The position numbers and the translations under genes were made by a program. A stretch of 64,000 bases of DNA from Picochlorum sp. SENEW3. Lineage: Eukaryota. This document shows, one piece after another, positions 12,253 to 23,337 of the stretch. Within the stretch, counting starts at the first letter, position 1. Each line of letters opens with the position of its first letter. The notes under the pieces were generated by a model that had not been told where the DNA came from, searched no databases, and saw only the letters and a list, made by a program, of their open reading frames with translations. The stretch spans positions 806,001 to 870,000 of the forward strand of contig CP120453.1 of the NCBI GenBank assembly GCA_034226945.1, in the 5' to 3' direction.

Positions 12253-13608
12253 CTATCCTCCAAAAGAAAACCACCCGCCCTTTTTCTTCTTCTTCTTCTT
12301 GTTGTCTTCTTCCTTGCCGTCATTCTGGCTGTCTGATGAGGAGGAATAGTTGCTCTGTGCTGTACTCTTTTCTTCTTCCTCTTTGTCTGTGTTGTTGTCT
12401 TCTTCTTCTTTCACTGATCCTCCATATTTGAATGCTTCCAACAACTTTCGCTGACGTTCATCCAGATTTCGTGGCGTTGTCACTTTCATAACCACGTACT
12501 GATCTCCTCGCCTGCCCCTTTGGCCCATCAAATCCATTGGCACGCCATACCCCCTCATCCTTAATCTATCTCCACTCTGCGTCCCTGGCTTGACTTTAAC
12601 TTCCGCGAGACCTTTAATAGTTCTCACATCGATTTTTGTGCCTAGAGCCGCGTCAACCATATCTATTCTGACGTCAGTGTACAAGTCGAATCCATCCCTT
12701 TTGAAATGTGGAGATGGCATCACCATAACCTGCAGCAACAAGTCTCCTGGCGGGACTCCTTTTGGCCCAGGCATCCCTTTACCTTCAACCTGAAGTTGAA
12801 AGCCATCATCCACACCAGGTGGAATATTAATCTCTACCTGAGAAGATCCTGGAACACCCATAGAGGACATATCCACAGACCGTGTGGTGCCTTGCATTGC
12901 TTCATCAAATGAAATTGTCACTGCCGCTCGAACACTCGCTCCCTTTCTAAATCTAGCCCCACCAAAATCTTGTGCTCCCCCGAATATATGCTCGAATATA
13001 GTGCCCCTGAATTGCTGAGAGGATCCCCCTGCAGCCCCACCAAAGAATTCCTTGAACAAGTCCTCTGGATCAACCTGTGCACCACCAGGATACTGTCCTC
13101 CACCGGGAGCACCCCCACCTGCCTCGGCATTTTCATACGCTTGATGCCCTAATTGATCATACGCAGCACGCTTCTGAGGATCTCGCAGCGTATCATACGC
13201 CCTCTGGGCCTCTTGAAACTTAGTGGCTGCCTTTGGATCGCCTTGATTTGTGTCTGGATGGTACTTCTTCGCAAGCTTGTAAAATGCTTTTTTGATTTCT
13301 CCATCAGATGCCCCAGGGGATACCCCCAGGACGTCATAATACGTCTGAACTTGGGGCACATTGGTTGCTCTAAATTGTCGAATCTGATGCATGTGGGGAG
13401 CTGCAATGTGATACGATGTAGCTATATTAGACATATAATGTGATATAGACATGCAATCGCTCCTGAAACCCCTCAATGAAGGATAAAACGTACCATGATT
13501 CCAGAGACTCGCATGGAGACATGCTGCTTCTCGTATTCCCGGGGGATCAGCCCCACTCTTTAGATGTCTAATCAAATGTAAATGACTTGCAACTCGACGC
13601 AGTGACAT
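12253..13608 (-). CDS. Mitochondrial-type DnaJ/Hsp40 co-chaperone without zinc finger
   Basis: Arg-rich presequence, J domain (YYDVLGV..KKYHPD), G/F-rich linker and DnaJ C-terminal domain ([16 protein letters not shown]). No CxxCxGxG repeats. Confidence 0.9.
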   Translation of the reverse strand: MSLRRVASHLHLIRHLKSGADPPGIREAACLHASLWNHGTFYPSLRGFRSDCMSISHYMSNIATSYHIAAPHMHQIRQFRATNVPQVQTYYDVLGVSPGASDGEIKKAFYKLAKKYHPDTNQGDPKAATKFQEAQRAYDTLRDPQKRAAYDQLGHQAYENAEAGGGAPGGGQYPGGAQVDPEDLFKEFFGGAAGGSSQQFRGTIFEHIFGGAQDFGGARFRKGASVRAAVTISFDEAMQGTTRSVDMSSMGVPGSSQVEINIPPGVDDGFQLQVEGKGMPGPKGVPPGDLLLQVMVMPSPHFKRDGFDLYTDVRIDMVDAALGTKIDVRTIKGLAEVKVKPGTQSGDRLRMRGYGVPMDLMGQRGRRGDQYVVMKVTTPRNLDERQRKLLEAFKYGGSVKEEEDNNTDKEEEEKSTAQSNYSSSSDSQNDGKEEDNKKKKKKKGGWFSFGG

Positions 13609-13771
13609 ATTGGTCTCTTGCTGATCGTTCACTATGACAGAGCCATGGTTCTACCCAATGTGTGACGAGAAGAAAGAATCTACGACTGCTGGTTCTACAA
13701 ACTACAATCAACCATTACAAAATGAATCACTACTACTAATTGAATTGAATTAATGACCCAGGCTGTGGTCC

Positions 13772-15989
13772 TTATGGCGATTTTTCAAACATGGATGTCA
13801 AACTGCGAGAATCTCTCTCCTCCACCAAGACCTTTTTGACATCTTCCAAGGTGTGCATACCATGGACCACATTGTCACGTGTTCTCACGTTGACTGTTCT
13901 TTCCGCTTTTTCTTTCTCTCCTAAGACTAAGATATAATTGTATTGTGCAACCTGAGCTTCTCTGACCTTTTTCTGCATCTTTCTATCTATGAGATCCACG
14001 TCAACATGCATGTGGATTTTCCTGAGTTCTGCTTTGACCTCGAGGGCATAATCGTACGTGGACTCTGCGATAGGAACAATCATCACCTGGCGAGGAGACA
14101 GCCATAATGGCCATTTGCCAGCAAAGTGCTCTGTCAGGATGGCAAACATTCGTTCCACAGATCCCAAGATGGCACGATGTACAATCACTGGCCTTTGGCT
14201 TTCTCCGTGCTCGTCAATGTATTCCAAATCGAATCTGATTGGAAGCTGGAAATCGAGCTGCACGGTGGCGCACTGGAACTTCCTCTTCAATGCATCAAAG
14301 ACTGTGATATCAATCTTTGGTCCGTAAAAGGCACCATCTCCTGGGTTGAGTTCCCATTCGTGTCCAGCATCATTCAATGCTTGCTCAAGAGCTGCTTCTG
14401 CTTGGTTCCACAGGGACTCTTCACCCAAGAATCCTTCTGGCCTTGTTGAAAGAGCCATTTTATACTCCAGCCCAAACACATGATACACTTCATCAAGCAT
14501 TTTCAAAAAGGATGAAATTTCTTCCCTCACCTGATCTGGCTTGCAGAAAATATGTGCATCGTCTTGCTGGAAGCGTCTCACCCTAGTCAACCCAGACAGT
14601 GCTCCAGAGTATTCATTTCTATGCAGCACACCAAAGTCGGCCATACGCATTGGCAGCTCTCTATATGAACGCATTCTATGGCCAAACATCACACAATGTC
14701 CTGGGCAATTCATAGGCTTGAGGCCAAATTCTTGCCTCTCCACCTGGAATGAAAACATATTCTGCTTGTAATGGTCTGCATGCCCGGATGTGTCCCACAG
14801 AGAAAAGTTGTAAATGTTTGGCGACACAACTTCCTCATACCCATAATCCCAGTACTTGTCACGGATGAAATTCATCAAAGAATTGTAAATTCGTGCTCCA
14901 TTTGGCATGAAGAAACATGATCCTGGAGATACAGCATCAAAGAAGAAGAGCTCCTGTTGGGTTCCAATATTACGATGGTCCCTCTTTTTGGCTTCCTCCA
15001 TACGATGCTGGTATGCTTTCAGCTCTTTCTCATCGGGGAAGGTGATTCCATACACTCTCTGAAGAGGCTCCCTGTTCACATCAGCTCTCCAGAAAGCTCT
15101 CGACATGTTGTTCACCCCAACTGCCTTGAGAACCCCAGTATTGGGAACGTGTGGCCCTGTACACAAATCAACCATGGGGCCGCACTTGTAACACGTAATC
15201 ACTTCTGACGCAGGAAGAGCCTCAATCATTTCCATCTTAAACTTGTTCTCCGTGAACATTTTCTTCGCCTCCTCCTTTGAAATCTGCACCCGTTCAAACG
15301 TATGCTTCTCCTTCACAGAGCTCTGCATCCTTTTAATCAGCCTCTCCTTATCCGAATCTTGCAACGATCTCTCTCCCAAATAGCAATCATAGTAAAATCC
15401 CTCCTCCAAAGCGGGACCAATCGTCAAATCCGCACCAAACTCCAACTCCAGTGCCTGTCCCAACAAATGGGCTGAAGAATGCCAGAATGTCTGCAACACA
15501 CCCACGTCGTCAGTCAATGAACACACACACCGCTATATTACTCTATACACGTACATCCTTGCCATCAGGATGATCAAATGACAGCAACTCCAATGAACAG
15601 TCGCCTTCAAGTGGCCTCATGAGATCCCACACTTTCCCATTCACCTTGGCCACCACAGATTTCTTCGCAAGCCCTTTTGAGATCTCAGTAGCAATATCCA
15701 TAGGCGTTGTTGCCCCCTTGACTGCTTTTCTTTCAGATCCATCGGGCATGGTCACCGTGATCTCTTCATTCTTTTCCTTCGCTTCAGCCACGGCGGCTTG
15801 ATACTTTGCCTTTATTTCCTCAAACATGGCGACCCGATGATCGTAGTATGACTTTTTCTCGGCAGCAATCTGCTCCCAAGATTTAGACTCATCATGCGCT
15901 GGTAATCTTTCTGAAGCTGGTCCAAAATCGGTCTTGGCCGCAGCGTCGGCAGTCGACGTTTTGGATCCTCCACAGCACTCTGCCCCCAT
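13772..15989 (-). CDS. TARS: Cytosolic-type threonyl-tRNA synthetase
   Basis: Exon 1 is 15989-15555 (TGS domain, VNGKVWDLMRPLEGD), intron 15554-15491. Then FWHSSAHLLG, DLCTGPH, KPMNCPGHC, GLTRVRRFQQDDAH, GAFYGPKID and HRAILGSVER. Confidence 0.97.
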
Positions 15990-16158
15990 TTTAAACGGTA
16001 TTAAATATATAATTGAATTTGCAATGACAGTGTCTGTGTGGTATGGATTCAATGTTGACCAAGGTGCCAGAAATTTGAATCAACGAATGGCCATTCCCTT
16101 CCATGGGCAAACAGACTTCTTCTTCTCATTGCACACAATTATTACTTGTGTTGTGTTA

Positions 16159-16901
16159 TTATTGTTGTTGTTGGTTCCGAGGATTTTCTTTGGAACGCTG
16201 CCATTCATCGAAAATTCTAGCTTTATACTGCTGTAATTTGAGTCCAGGTTTCTCTTCTTTCATCTCTGGCAATCTAGCTTCAAAAAATGCATTCCACATT
16301 GCCTTTGCTCTCCTACAGATGCACACATGGAACATGATATATATTCGTGCACAAACACACAGCAGACACGTGTAGTATCCAGGTCGTACTTTTCAGGATG
16401 CCTATCAACTTCTTGACTACCTATTGATAACTGTGATACAGCATCATCGAGCGATCGAGCATCAACGACTGCCTCCTTTCGATTGTCAATCTCTACATCT
16501 AAATGGGCTGCATACTCATCCACTCCCACAGTCTTTTTACGCTGCATTTCCTTCTCCTGAGACAAGGCCTCCTGAGCATTCCATTGATTCGTCTTCAATT
16601 GATCAATCTCTCGTCTCGTGACCTTGGTCGGGGCCTGCTTCTTCTTCCCAATGCGTGCCAACTCAGCCTCTTCCTCCTGAGCAAGACGACGAGCTTCCTC
16701 CTTCTTCTGCCGCGCCTCTTCCTTTTTCCTCATCTCCTCCTCTCGTTTAACATCCCTTTTTGCAGTAGGATTGGCATGTTGGGCCCAGTATGCATCCTCT
16801 TGCTGCTGTTTTGTCTGAGCGTTTGATTTCTTTTTTGCTTCTTCCTTCTTCTGCCTGGCCTCCTCGACTTTTGGGTTTGTCGACAGCTTCTTCTTTCCCA
16901 T
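16159..16901 (-). CDS. CCDC124: CCDC124/Lso2-like coiled-coil ribosome-associated protein
   Basis: MGKKKLSTNPKVEEAR..EDAYW..DARSLDDAV..DRHPEK, one intron, then RAKAMWNAF..LPEMKEEKPGLKLQQYK..EWQRSKENPRNQ. Confidence 0.85.
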
Positions 16902-17329
16902 CGCGATCCCTCCTGTATGTATTTGTTTATTTTGTAGCCTTGCATGCTGCATTGCGATCGTATTATGGCAAAACAGTAGCAGCAATGTCTTGGCGCTCGG
17001 GTACAAAAGCAAGTCCCGGTCAATCGATGCTTCCGAAGGCTCATCGTGAACATCCCTCAGACACCGACACCTCTAGATCCCACAAGTGGGATGCATGCCC
17101 TCCTCGTCGTATTGATTATATTCTATATTACTGCATTATAGTCTCTAAAGTCATTTAACGCTGAATATCCAAGAACGAGTCTGAAAAGAACCAGCCCAAG
17201 GCTTGCGGCGTAGGAGGAAAAAACCGTGAACAGGGTTGGCTCGTATAGGAGATTTTGTGGTGGAATATCCATTATAATATTATTTCATCGATTTGTGGTG
17301 GAAGGAAGATAGATTTCTTGGCAGTTTTC

Positions 17330-18907
17330 ATGGCACATTATTCTGCGAGCATGGCCGGCCAATGTGGGCAGCCGATGCGTGGCATGCATTGCGCTGGATC
17401 GCTCAGGAATTCTCAAATAGATGGCGTTAGTTTACAATCATTGCTCTATGTGAGCCGTCGAGGGGCAGATAGAGGTAGATGCTTGTCCCGTGTGGTGGCG
17501 AAGGCTGCTGCGAACGGGAAGCATAGGGCTACTGCTCAAAGCATCGGACAGTTGCGAGTTCCTAGTAGTAAAGAGTTGCAGAAAATGCGTCAGTTCAGGC
17601 AGCAGCAGATATTTAGACAGCAGCAGCAGATGAGAAATGTGCAGAGGCTTGCACCTCCTGTGCTTCCTGTGGAAAAGCCAAAGAAGCAGAGTCGTTCTGC
17701 ATCACCAGCGCGTTTGAAAGGGCATAAGAAAGATGTGTCGAAAAAAGCGTCAAAAAAGCGAGGGAGCGTTGCTCGTCACGTTGATGATGGGATGTCTGAT
17801 GAAGAGTTTGCAACCTTTGCATCAAAGTATAGTCTGGAGCAGGCATGGAGGCCACAGATAGATATATTGAGCAGATTAGGGCTGACTCCATCACAGTTAT
17901 CCAAGATTGCGGAATCTAGACCTGAGATTTTCCAGACGTCGGAGAAGACGATGTGGAGGAAGATTGCATTTTTCAAGGAATCTGTTGGAATGACGGACAA
18001 TGATATTGTGAAAATTGTGTGTCGATCTCCTAGAGTGCTGGAGTACGGATCAGAGCAGACTGTGCGGCCTAGGCTTGAGTTTCTCAAAAACTGCGGGGTT
18101 TTGGACCAAAATATATCCAAAGTGGTTCTCAAAGCCCCAATGTTGATGTCGCTTAGCTTGAAGGAGACTCTGGAACCCAGATCAGAATTCTTGAGGAATA
18201 GGCTGGGTTTGAACACGAGTAGCTTGGGGAAATTAATATCAAGACATCCACAGGCGCTGACGTGCACAGAGGATATGATGCAGCAACGGGTGGATTTTCT
18301 CATGTCAAAAGCAGGCATCTCTGCCAGTGATTTAGGAAAGATTGTTGTTGCCCATCCTCAGGTGTTGCATTACAAGCTAGATAGTATGCTAGAGCGTTTA
18401 GAGTATTTGAATTCTGTGGGAATGAGTGAGAAACAGATATCTCAAGCTGTGTCAAGGTTTCCACAGCTGTTTTCTTTGAGCGTGACATCAAACATGGCAC
18501 CAAAATGGCACTACCTCGTGGAGCATTTGGGTGGTGATGTGAATGCACTTTGTTCGTACCCAGGTTACTTCTCATTGTCCCTGAATAATAGAATCATGAT
18601 GAGACACCTGTATCTGGAGAACATTCACGGGTCAGCACCATTGCCTTTCCCGCTGGGTCATTTAAAAATGTCAGATGCAAAGTTTGCGACAGAGATTGCT
18701 GGAACAACCTTGCAAGAGTATGAAGACTTTAAGAAGGACAGGTCGAGCATCATGGATGGCAGAAGCGATTCTGATTCAGAACCTGTAGAGGTGTCGATTG
18801 CCACTCAAGTTGGACAACAGTGTTTGAGCAACTCCAAACAAAAGAAAAACGGCAGCAATTTTTCAAATGTTCTCACGATGCCAAAGTCATCATTCAATTT
18901 GGTGTAA
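17330..18907 (+). CDS. Organellar (likely plastid) mTERF-family protein
   Basis: Long transit-peptide-like N-terminus and about eight tandem ~35-aa repeats of the form (L/F)L.G(M/L)...I.K.(V/I)...P..L, ending YPGYFSLSLNNRI. Confidence 0.85.
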   Translation: MAHYSASMAGQCGQPMRGMHCAGSLRNSQIDGVSLQSLLYVSRRGADRGRCLSRVVAKAAANGKHRATAQSIGQLRVPSSKELQKMRQFRQQQIFRQQQQMRNVQRLAPPVLPVEKPKKQSRSASPARLKGHKKDVSKKASKKRGSVARHVDDGMSDEEFATFASKYSLEQAWRPQIDILSRLGLTPSQLSKIAESRPEIFQTSEKTMWRKIAFFKESVGMTDNDIVKIVCRSPRVLEYGSEQTVRPRLEFLKNCGVLDQNISKVVLKAPMLMSLSLKETLEPRSEFLRNRLGLNTSSLGKLISRHPQALTCTEDMMQQRVDFLMSKAGISASDLGKIVVAHPQVLHYKLDSMLERLEYLNSVGMSEKQISQAVSRFPQLFSLSVTSNMAPKWHYLVEHLGGDVNALCSYPGYFSLSLNNRIMMRHLYLENIHGSAPLPFPLGHLKMSDAKFATEIAGTTLQEYEDFKKDRSSIMDGRSDSDSEPVEVSIATQVGQQCLSNSKQKKNGSNFSNVLTMPKSSFNLV

Positions 18908-18913
18908 ATACTT

Positions 18914-20458
18914 TTAAATGCCCTGACGTTGTAAATTTTCATACATCTTTCTGTTGTAAACATTTCCTTCTTCATCTTCAAACTCCTCATCATTATCAGC
19001 CTGTAACTTTGACTTTCTGCTCTGTAACGAATTCCACAAATTTACTGCTTCAGTTATAGATGTGATTTCAAAGAATTGCCGCGTATTTGGAATACCCAAC
19101 GCCTTCATTCCTGCAGAATGCCGAGGCTCGGTAAAATGCTTTTCAAATGCCCGGCGCCCTCTATACGTCGCATTGCCGCAGATCTCACAAGAATATTCGT
19201 GATTTAACCCATGCATCTTGTACATCCAGTACGGAATTGGCTTTCCATCCCATCCTAGTGGAAGTTTCAGCGGATTATACAAGTATTCATCCTCTTGTTC
19301 ATCCTCATCTGCAAATACATCCTCCGCACGATCTTCTTCCAGCTCAGCTTCCATATCGGCAACAAACTCATCATACGTCTGTGCTTGTCGCTTCTCAAGC
19401 TTATCCAGCGTCGCCTTCCACTGCTTCTCCAACAACTTTGTACACATGTATTTCACATGGTATTCCAACCATGCAATAGTCTTCAACACATCCAACGACA
19501 CACCACCATCAATCTTTTTCACCATTTTCTTTGCACCCTTTGCAAACAATGACGGATCAATCTCTGCCCGCGACAGCCCTTTCACTGACATCAACCGCTC
19601 TGCTCGTTGCCTGGCTGTCCCTCCACACTTGAGGCCCATGCTCACCAACACAGCCTTGAGCCTCTCTGCACCCAACGCTTCTTCCAACTCTTCCACAGAA
19701 GAATACTTTTCTAAATCGAACACTCCATTTTCATCCCCAAACACCTCACGGCACCATGATGCTTTCAACTCCTCTTCCCACGTAGCCTCAAAATCCCCAA
19801 GCATGGTGGCCTTCACCTCCTTCCAATCACTCAAAGGATGCGTCCTCTCGTACAAACTCGCCAAATACCCCGAAAGATCCTCCAAATACTTTGTATACTT
19901 TCCCACCTCCTTCACTTTAGACAAGGCATCCTTTGCCTCCACATGCCCACCATCCAACCCCTTCACATAGTCCATATATGACCCATCGTCATCCTGATGC
20001 AGCTCTTTCCACTGATGATAAAACTCCATCACATCCATATACCGACCCAACCCCTCCTCTCCGCTAAACTCCTTGTCCACCTCAACCACTGGCCTCAGTG
20101 CTTGGTCACACTCCTCCTCATATCCCTGAATCATCACCTCACCCTTCCCACCGCCACTATAAAAATCCTTCAATCCTTCAACCCGTCGATAGTAGTTCTC
20201 AAACACACGATCTCCACGAAGACGAGCAATGTCCTCCTCTCGCTCCCCATGCGCATCTTGGTACACTCGCACCAATTTCCCACTCTTTTCCTGAACCATC
20301 CCCATCATTTTAGACACCGTATAGTTCTGCTCCATCTTCTCTCTATATGTCACCGCATTTTTACGAAACTCCCGAACCATGAGACGCTCAAGCCGCTCAA
20401 TGTCCTCATGGCACTGTCTAGTTTCTTCTAACAATGTATATGTGGCTGCTGCAGACAT
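18914..20458 (-). CDS. SF3A3: Splicing factor 3A subunit 3 (Prp9/SAP61)
   Basis: TLLEETRQCHEDIERLE, FSGEEGLGRYMD, SAP motif LKCGGT..QRAERL, YNPLKLPLGWDGKPIPYW and U1-type zinc finger CEICGN..AFEKHF..RH. Confidence 0.95.
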   Translation of the reverse strand: MSAAATYTLLEETRQCHEDIERLERLMVREFRKNAVTYREKMEQNYTVSKMMGMVQEKSGKLVRVYQDAHGEREEDIARLRGDRVFENYYRRVEGLKDFYSGGGKGEVMIQGYEEECDQALRPVVEVDKEFSGEEGLGRYMDVMEFYHQWKELHQDDDGSYMDYVKGLDGGHVEAKDALSKVKEVGKYTKYLEDLSGYLASLYERTHPLSDWKEVKATMLGDFEATWEEELKASWCREVFGDENGVFDLEKYSSVEELEEALGAERLKAVLVSMGLKCGGTARQRAERLMSVKGLSRAEIDPSLFAKGAKKMVKKIDGGVSLDVLKTIAWLEYHVKYMCTKLLEKQWKATLDKLEKRQAQTYDEFVADMEAELEEDRAEDVFADEDEQEDEYLYNPLKLPLGWDGKPIPYWMYKMHGLNHEYSCEICGNATYRGRRAFEKHFTEPRHSAGMKALGIPNTRQFFEITSITEAVNLWNSLQSRKSKLQADNDEEFEDEEGNVYNRKMYENLQRQGI

Positions 20459-20802
20459 AATTATTCTATTCTAATGCGCAACGGGACGTATTCAGCTACT
20501 ATTTGAATTTCACATTATATATTCAATTAAGGAGAAGTCGAAATCTCCGACGATTCCGCGTTTTCTCTGTACACTCCAACCAAACACTACTCCAGTTATC
20601 TGATATTCTGAATTAAATTTAAACTCTCAGAGCCAACCGGAAGGGGTACCTATGTTAGACGATTGAGAGTGTGGTGGGCATTGACTTGTTCAACTCGGTC
20701 GAGAACGTTTGTGGTTTCCGCGGAGAAAGTTCAAATAGATTCCATGGAGCACGATATCTGATCAAGAGATTGATATAAACGGCATAGTAGTACGCAATAA
20801 GG

Positions 20803-22140
20803 ATGCTGTACCGAAGAAATGGTGATTGCTCCGTGTTGATACTATTGAGTTGGGTTTGTGTCGTTCATTTGCATGGATGTGTGAATGCTCGACGCGGTTT
20901 TGAACCATCTCATACGAGTAATGTGGTGAAGGAATGGATGCCTGTTGGCGATGGGCAACCAGGTCAGGACATGAATGATGGGAATTGGTTTAATGCTAGT
21001 ATCCTGCAAGCTGACGATGGGCAGGATGTCTGTCCAAAAATCACATTGCAAGAGAAATCGTTATTGTTGCGATGGAGAAATATACCAACGTTTGTAGTAT
21101 TCAGTGGGCAATTTTACCAGAGGTATCTTGTGAGGACACAGTGTGGAATAGATGGTGGGGAGATGTTTGACCCTACGTATACTCCCTTGGTGGTTGATAG
21201 GTTTGCAGGCATTGGGGAGAATGGGAATATACGAGCGTATAATGGAGTTCCGTATATTCACTTGTATCCCAAGGTTGTTGTGGGGAGTTTGAGCTGTGGA
21301 GAAGTCATGAATTGCGACGTGGATATTGTGGATTCTTTTGGTGGGAGGATTGGTGATGACCCGAGGGTTGTAACGCGGCTTGCAACGGGAGGGTGTGATT
21401 ATGATTATAGGAATTTTGTACAATGGGGGTATAAACAAAAGGGATTAGGGTTTACATGTGACGAAGGGAGTGTGTATTTCACATTGATGTGTGAGGTATG
21501 TTGCGTGTGCAAGTAGAGTTTGGTGTTGAGATGGTCACACAACAGATAATGAGATGTGCATCGTGTTCTGTAGGAGTGTCAAGAGGATACATTTCCATGG
21601 GAGTTGGCCCGAAATTTATCTGGGCCAGAGTTGGAAGCTTCTGCTGGGTCCACCTCAACGTCATTCAATTATATCATGGTGATTACAGCAGTCAGTGTTG
21701 TTGGGTTTGCTGTGCTAGTGTCTCTCATGGCAGTTCTGGTGAGGAGCAGGAGGAGAACAGCAATAGATATGAGAGTAGCAGAAATGGTCTCTAGGAATGG
21801 TAGAAATGGTAGAGGATCGGATTCTTTCAAACCTCCAGAGCTGTTTGTTGTTGGGGAGGATACCCATCTCCCCGTTGATGCAGAGTATTCTGGGCCAATT
21901 GTAGTTCTGAATGCTGTGGGTTCAAACGAAGAAGATTCAAAGCGAGAGAACTCCTTAGGATCTGCGAATACAAGCTGGTCTCTTCCTCAGATTGCTGTGC
22001 TTGATGCAATGTCAGGAGACGAAGAGGCAACAGAAGAACAAACAGATGACAAGGAGCATCTAGGTAGTAGTAGCAGCACTAGCAATACAAACAACCAAGA
22101 TGGCGAACAACAACAACGAGGCTCTGATGACAATGTATAG
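20803..22140 (+). CDS. Uncharacterised type I membrane protein
   Basis: Signal-peptide-like N-terminus and Cys-containing ectodomain. Intron 21496-21573 joins ..TLMCE to ECQEDTFPW. One TM helix (YIMVITAVSVVGFAVLVSLMAVLV) is followed by RSRRR and an acidic/Ser-rich tail. Confidence 0.65.
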
Positions 22141-22153
22141 CACTATTTATTAT

Positions 22154-23071
22154 TTATTCCTGATTCCTTGTAAGATACACTCTATACACCTGCCCACCCT
22201 GCTCAGAGACTAGGCACTCTCTTTCCGTTGGAACAGGCAGAGGGTTCTCCTTGAGCCACCCTCGTTTCTTCCATTCTGAATCCTCATCGTCGTCGTCGTC
22301 GCTCATACTAGGTTCCTCAAAGAATACGTTAGCATCGTCATCATGGAGATCTGAAAGGCGAAGAGTCCCGCCATGGCCCGACTCAAACTTTTTTCTCATA
22401 TCAATGGCCACCCCCAGTACATCCGACTGCAACAGCAGACAACCACTAGGAGCCAGTATCTCGCACACTGATGTCACAAGAGATTCCTGAACAATGCGCC
22501 GCTTTCTATGCCGCTTTTTGAAATGTGGATCAGGAAATTGAATTGTCACAAGCTCAATTGGACCAGGATATGTCTCCAACATGGTTGCAACAGATACTGT
22601 CGCATTCGATCGGACAAAATACACCCTTCTATCCAAATCCAAGTGCTTTGCCCATTCATTTGCTCGATGTATAATTGGATCCCGAATTTCAAGCCCTAAC
22701 CCATTCCTGGTAGCATCCACTTTACTCAGCCCCAACAAAAATCTTCCATATCCGCACCCAATATCTAGTACCAGAGGTTTTGTCGGATCATCATACACAG
22801 CTCTCCAATCCAGAGGCTTTGTGGGCTCTTGTAATTCCTTCTTCAAAGGATTCACATGCTGTCTAAAACGAATGCCACTAGTTTTCTGATATAAATCTTT
22901 GTCTATTCCAAGCTCTTTGAACGTCACCTTCTTCTCTTCTGCACAAGAATAGGCATTTTGAAGCCCATATGTTGCATGCTGCCGTAAAGAAGGCCGCCGA
23001 GGCCCAGAACTGCACCGGAAGTAATACACCGAGCGTTGGGCACTCCTGGACAATGCAGTGTATGATTTCAT
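22154..23071 (-). CDS. trmB: Bacterial-type tRNA (guanine-N7)-methyltransferase, organelle-targeted
   Basis: Arg/Ser-rich N-terminus, then RFRQHVNPL, LDIGCGYGRF, GLEIR, FPDPHFKKRHRKRR, QSDV and NPLPVPTERE. Confidence 0.92.
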   Translation of the reverse strand: MKSYTALSRSAQRSVYYFRCSSGPRRPSLRQHATYGLQNAYSCAEEKKVTFKELGIDKDLYQKTSGIRFRQHVNPLKKELQEPTKPLDWRAVYDDPTKPLVLDIGCGYGRFLLGLSKVDATRNGLGLEIRDPIIHRANEWAKHLDLDRRVYFVRSNATVSVATMLETYPGPIELVTIQFPDPHFKKRHRKRRIVQESLVTSVCEILAPSGCLLLQSDVLGVAIDMRKKFESGHGGTLRLSDLHDDDANVFFEEPSMSDDDDDEDSEWKKRGWLKENPLPVPTERECLVSEQGGQVYRVYLTRNQE

Positions 23072-23337
23072 CAATCAACGAATATTTAATGATACATGTG
23101 CCATGTACGAGTCGAAGAATTGTTCTAATCGCGCAGCATTGCTCGAATGAATGCACATCTCGGATTTCTTCATTGAGCAACAGCTAGCCTAGCTGTTCTT
23201 CTTATGATGATGATGCAGAGGATTCTTTCCTACACCATCAGACAAGAGCCCCCATTAATTATTCAATTGACATGATTTATATTGAAGAAATCATGTTGAT
23301 ACGTGCGCGAATCGGGTGAGGAGACGAAGCACGCAGC

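Noticed and set aside
19218..19970. 250-aa Ser-rich ORF antisense to SF3A3
   Set aside because: Its composition simply mirrors the Glu/Lys-rich sense strand.
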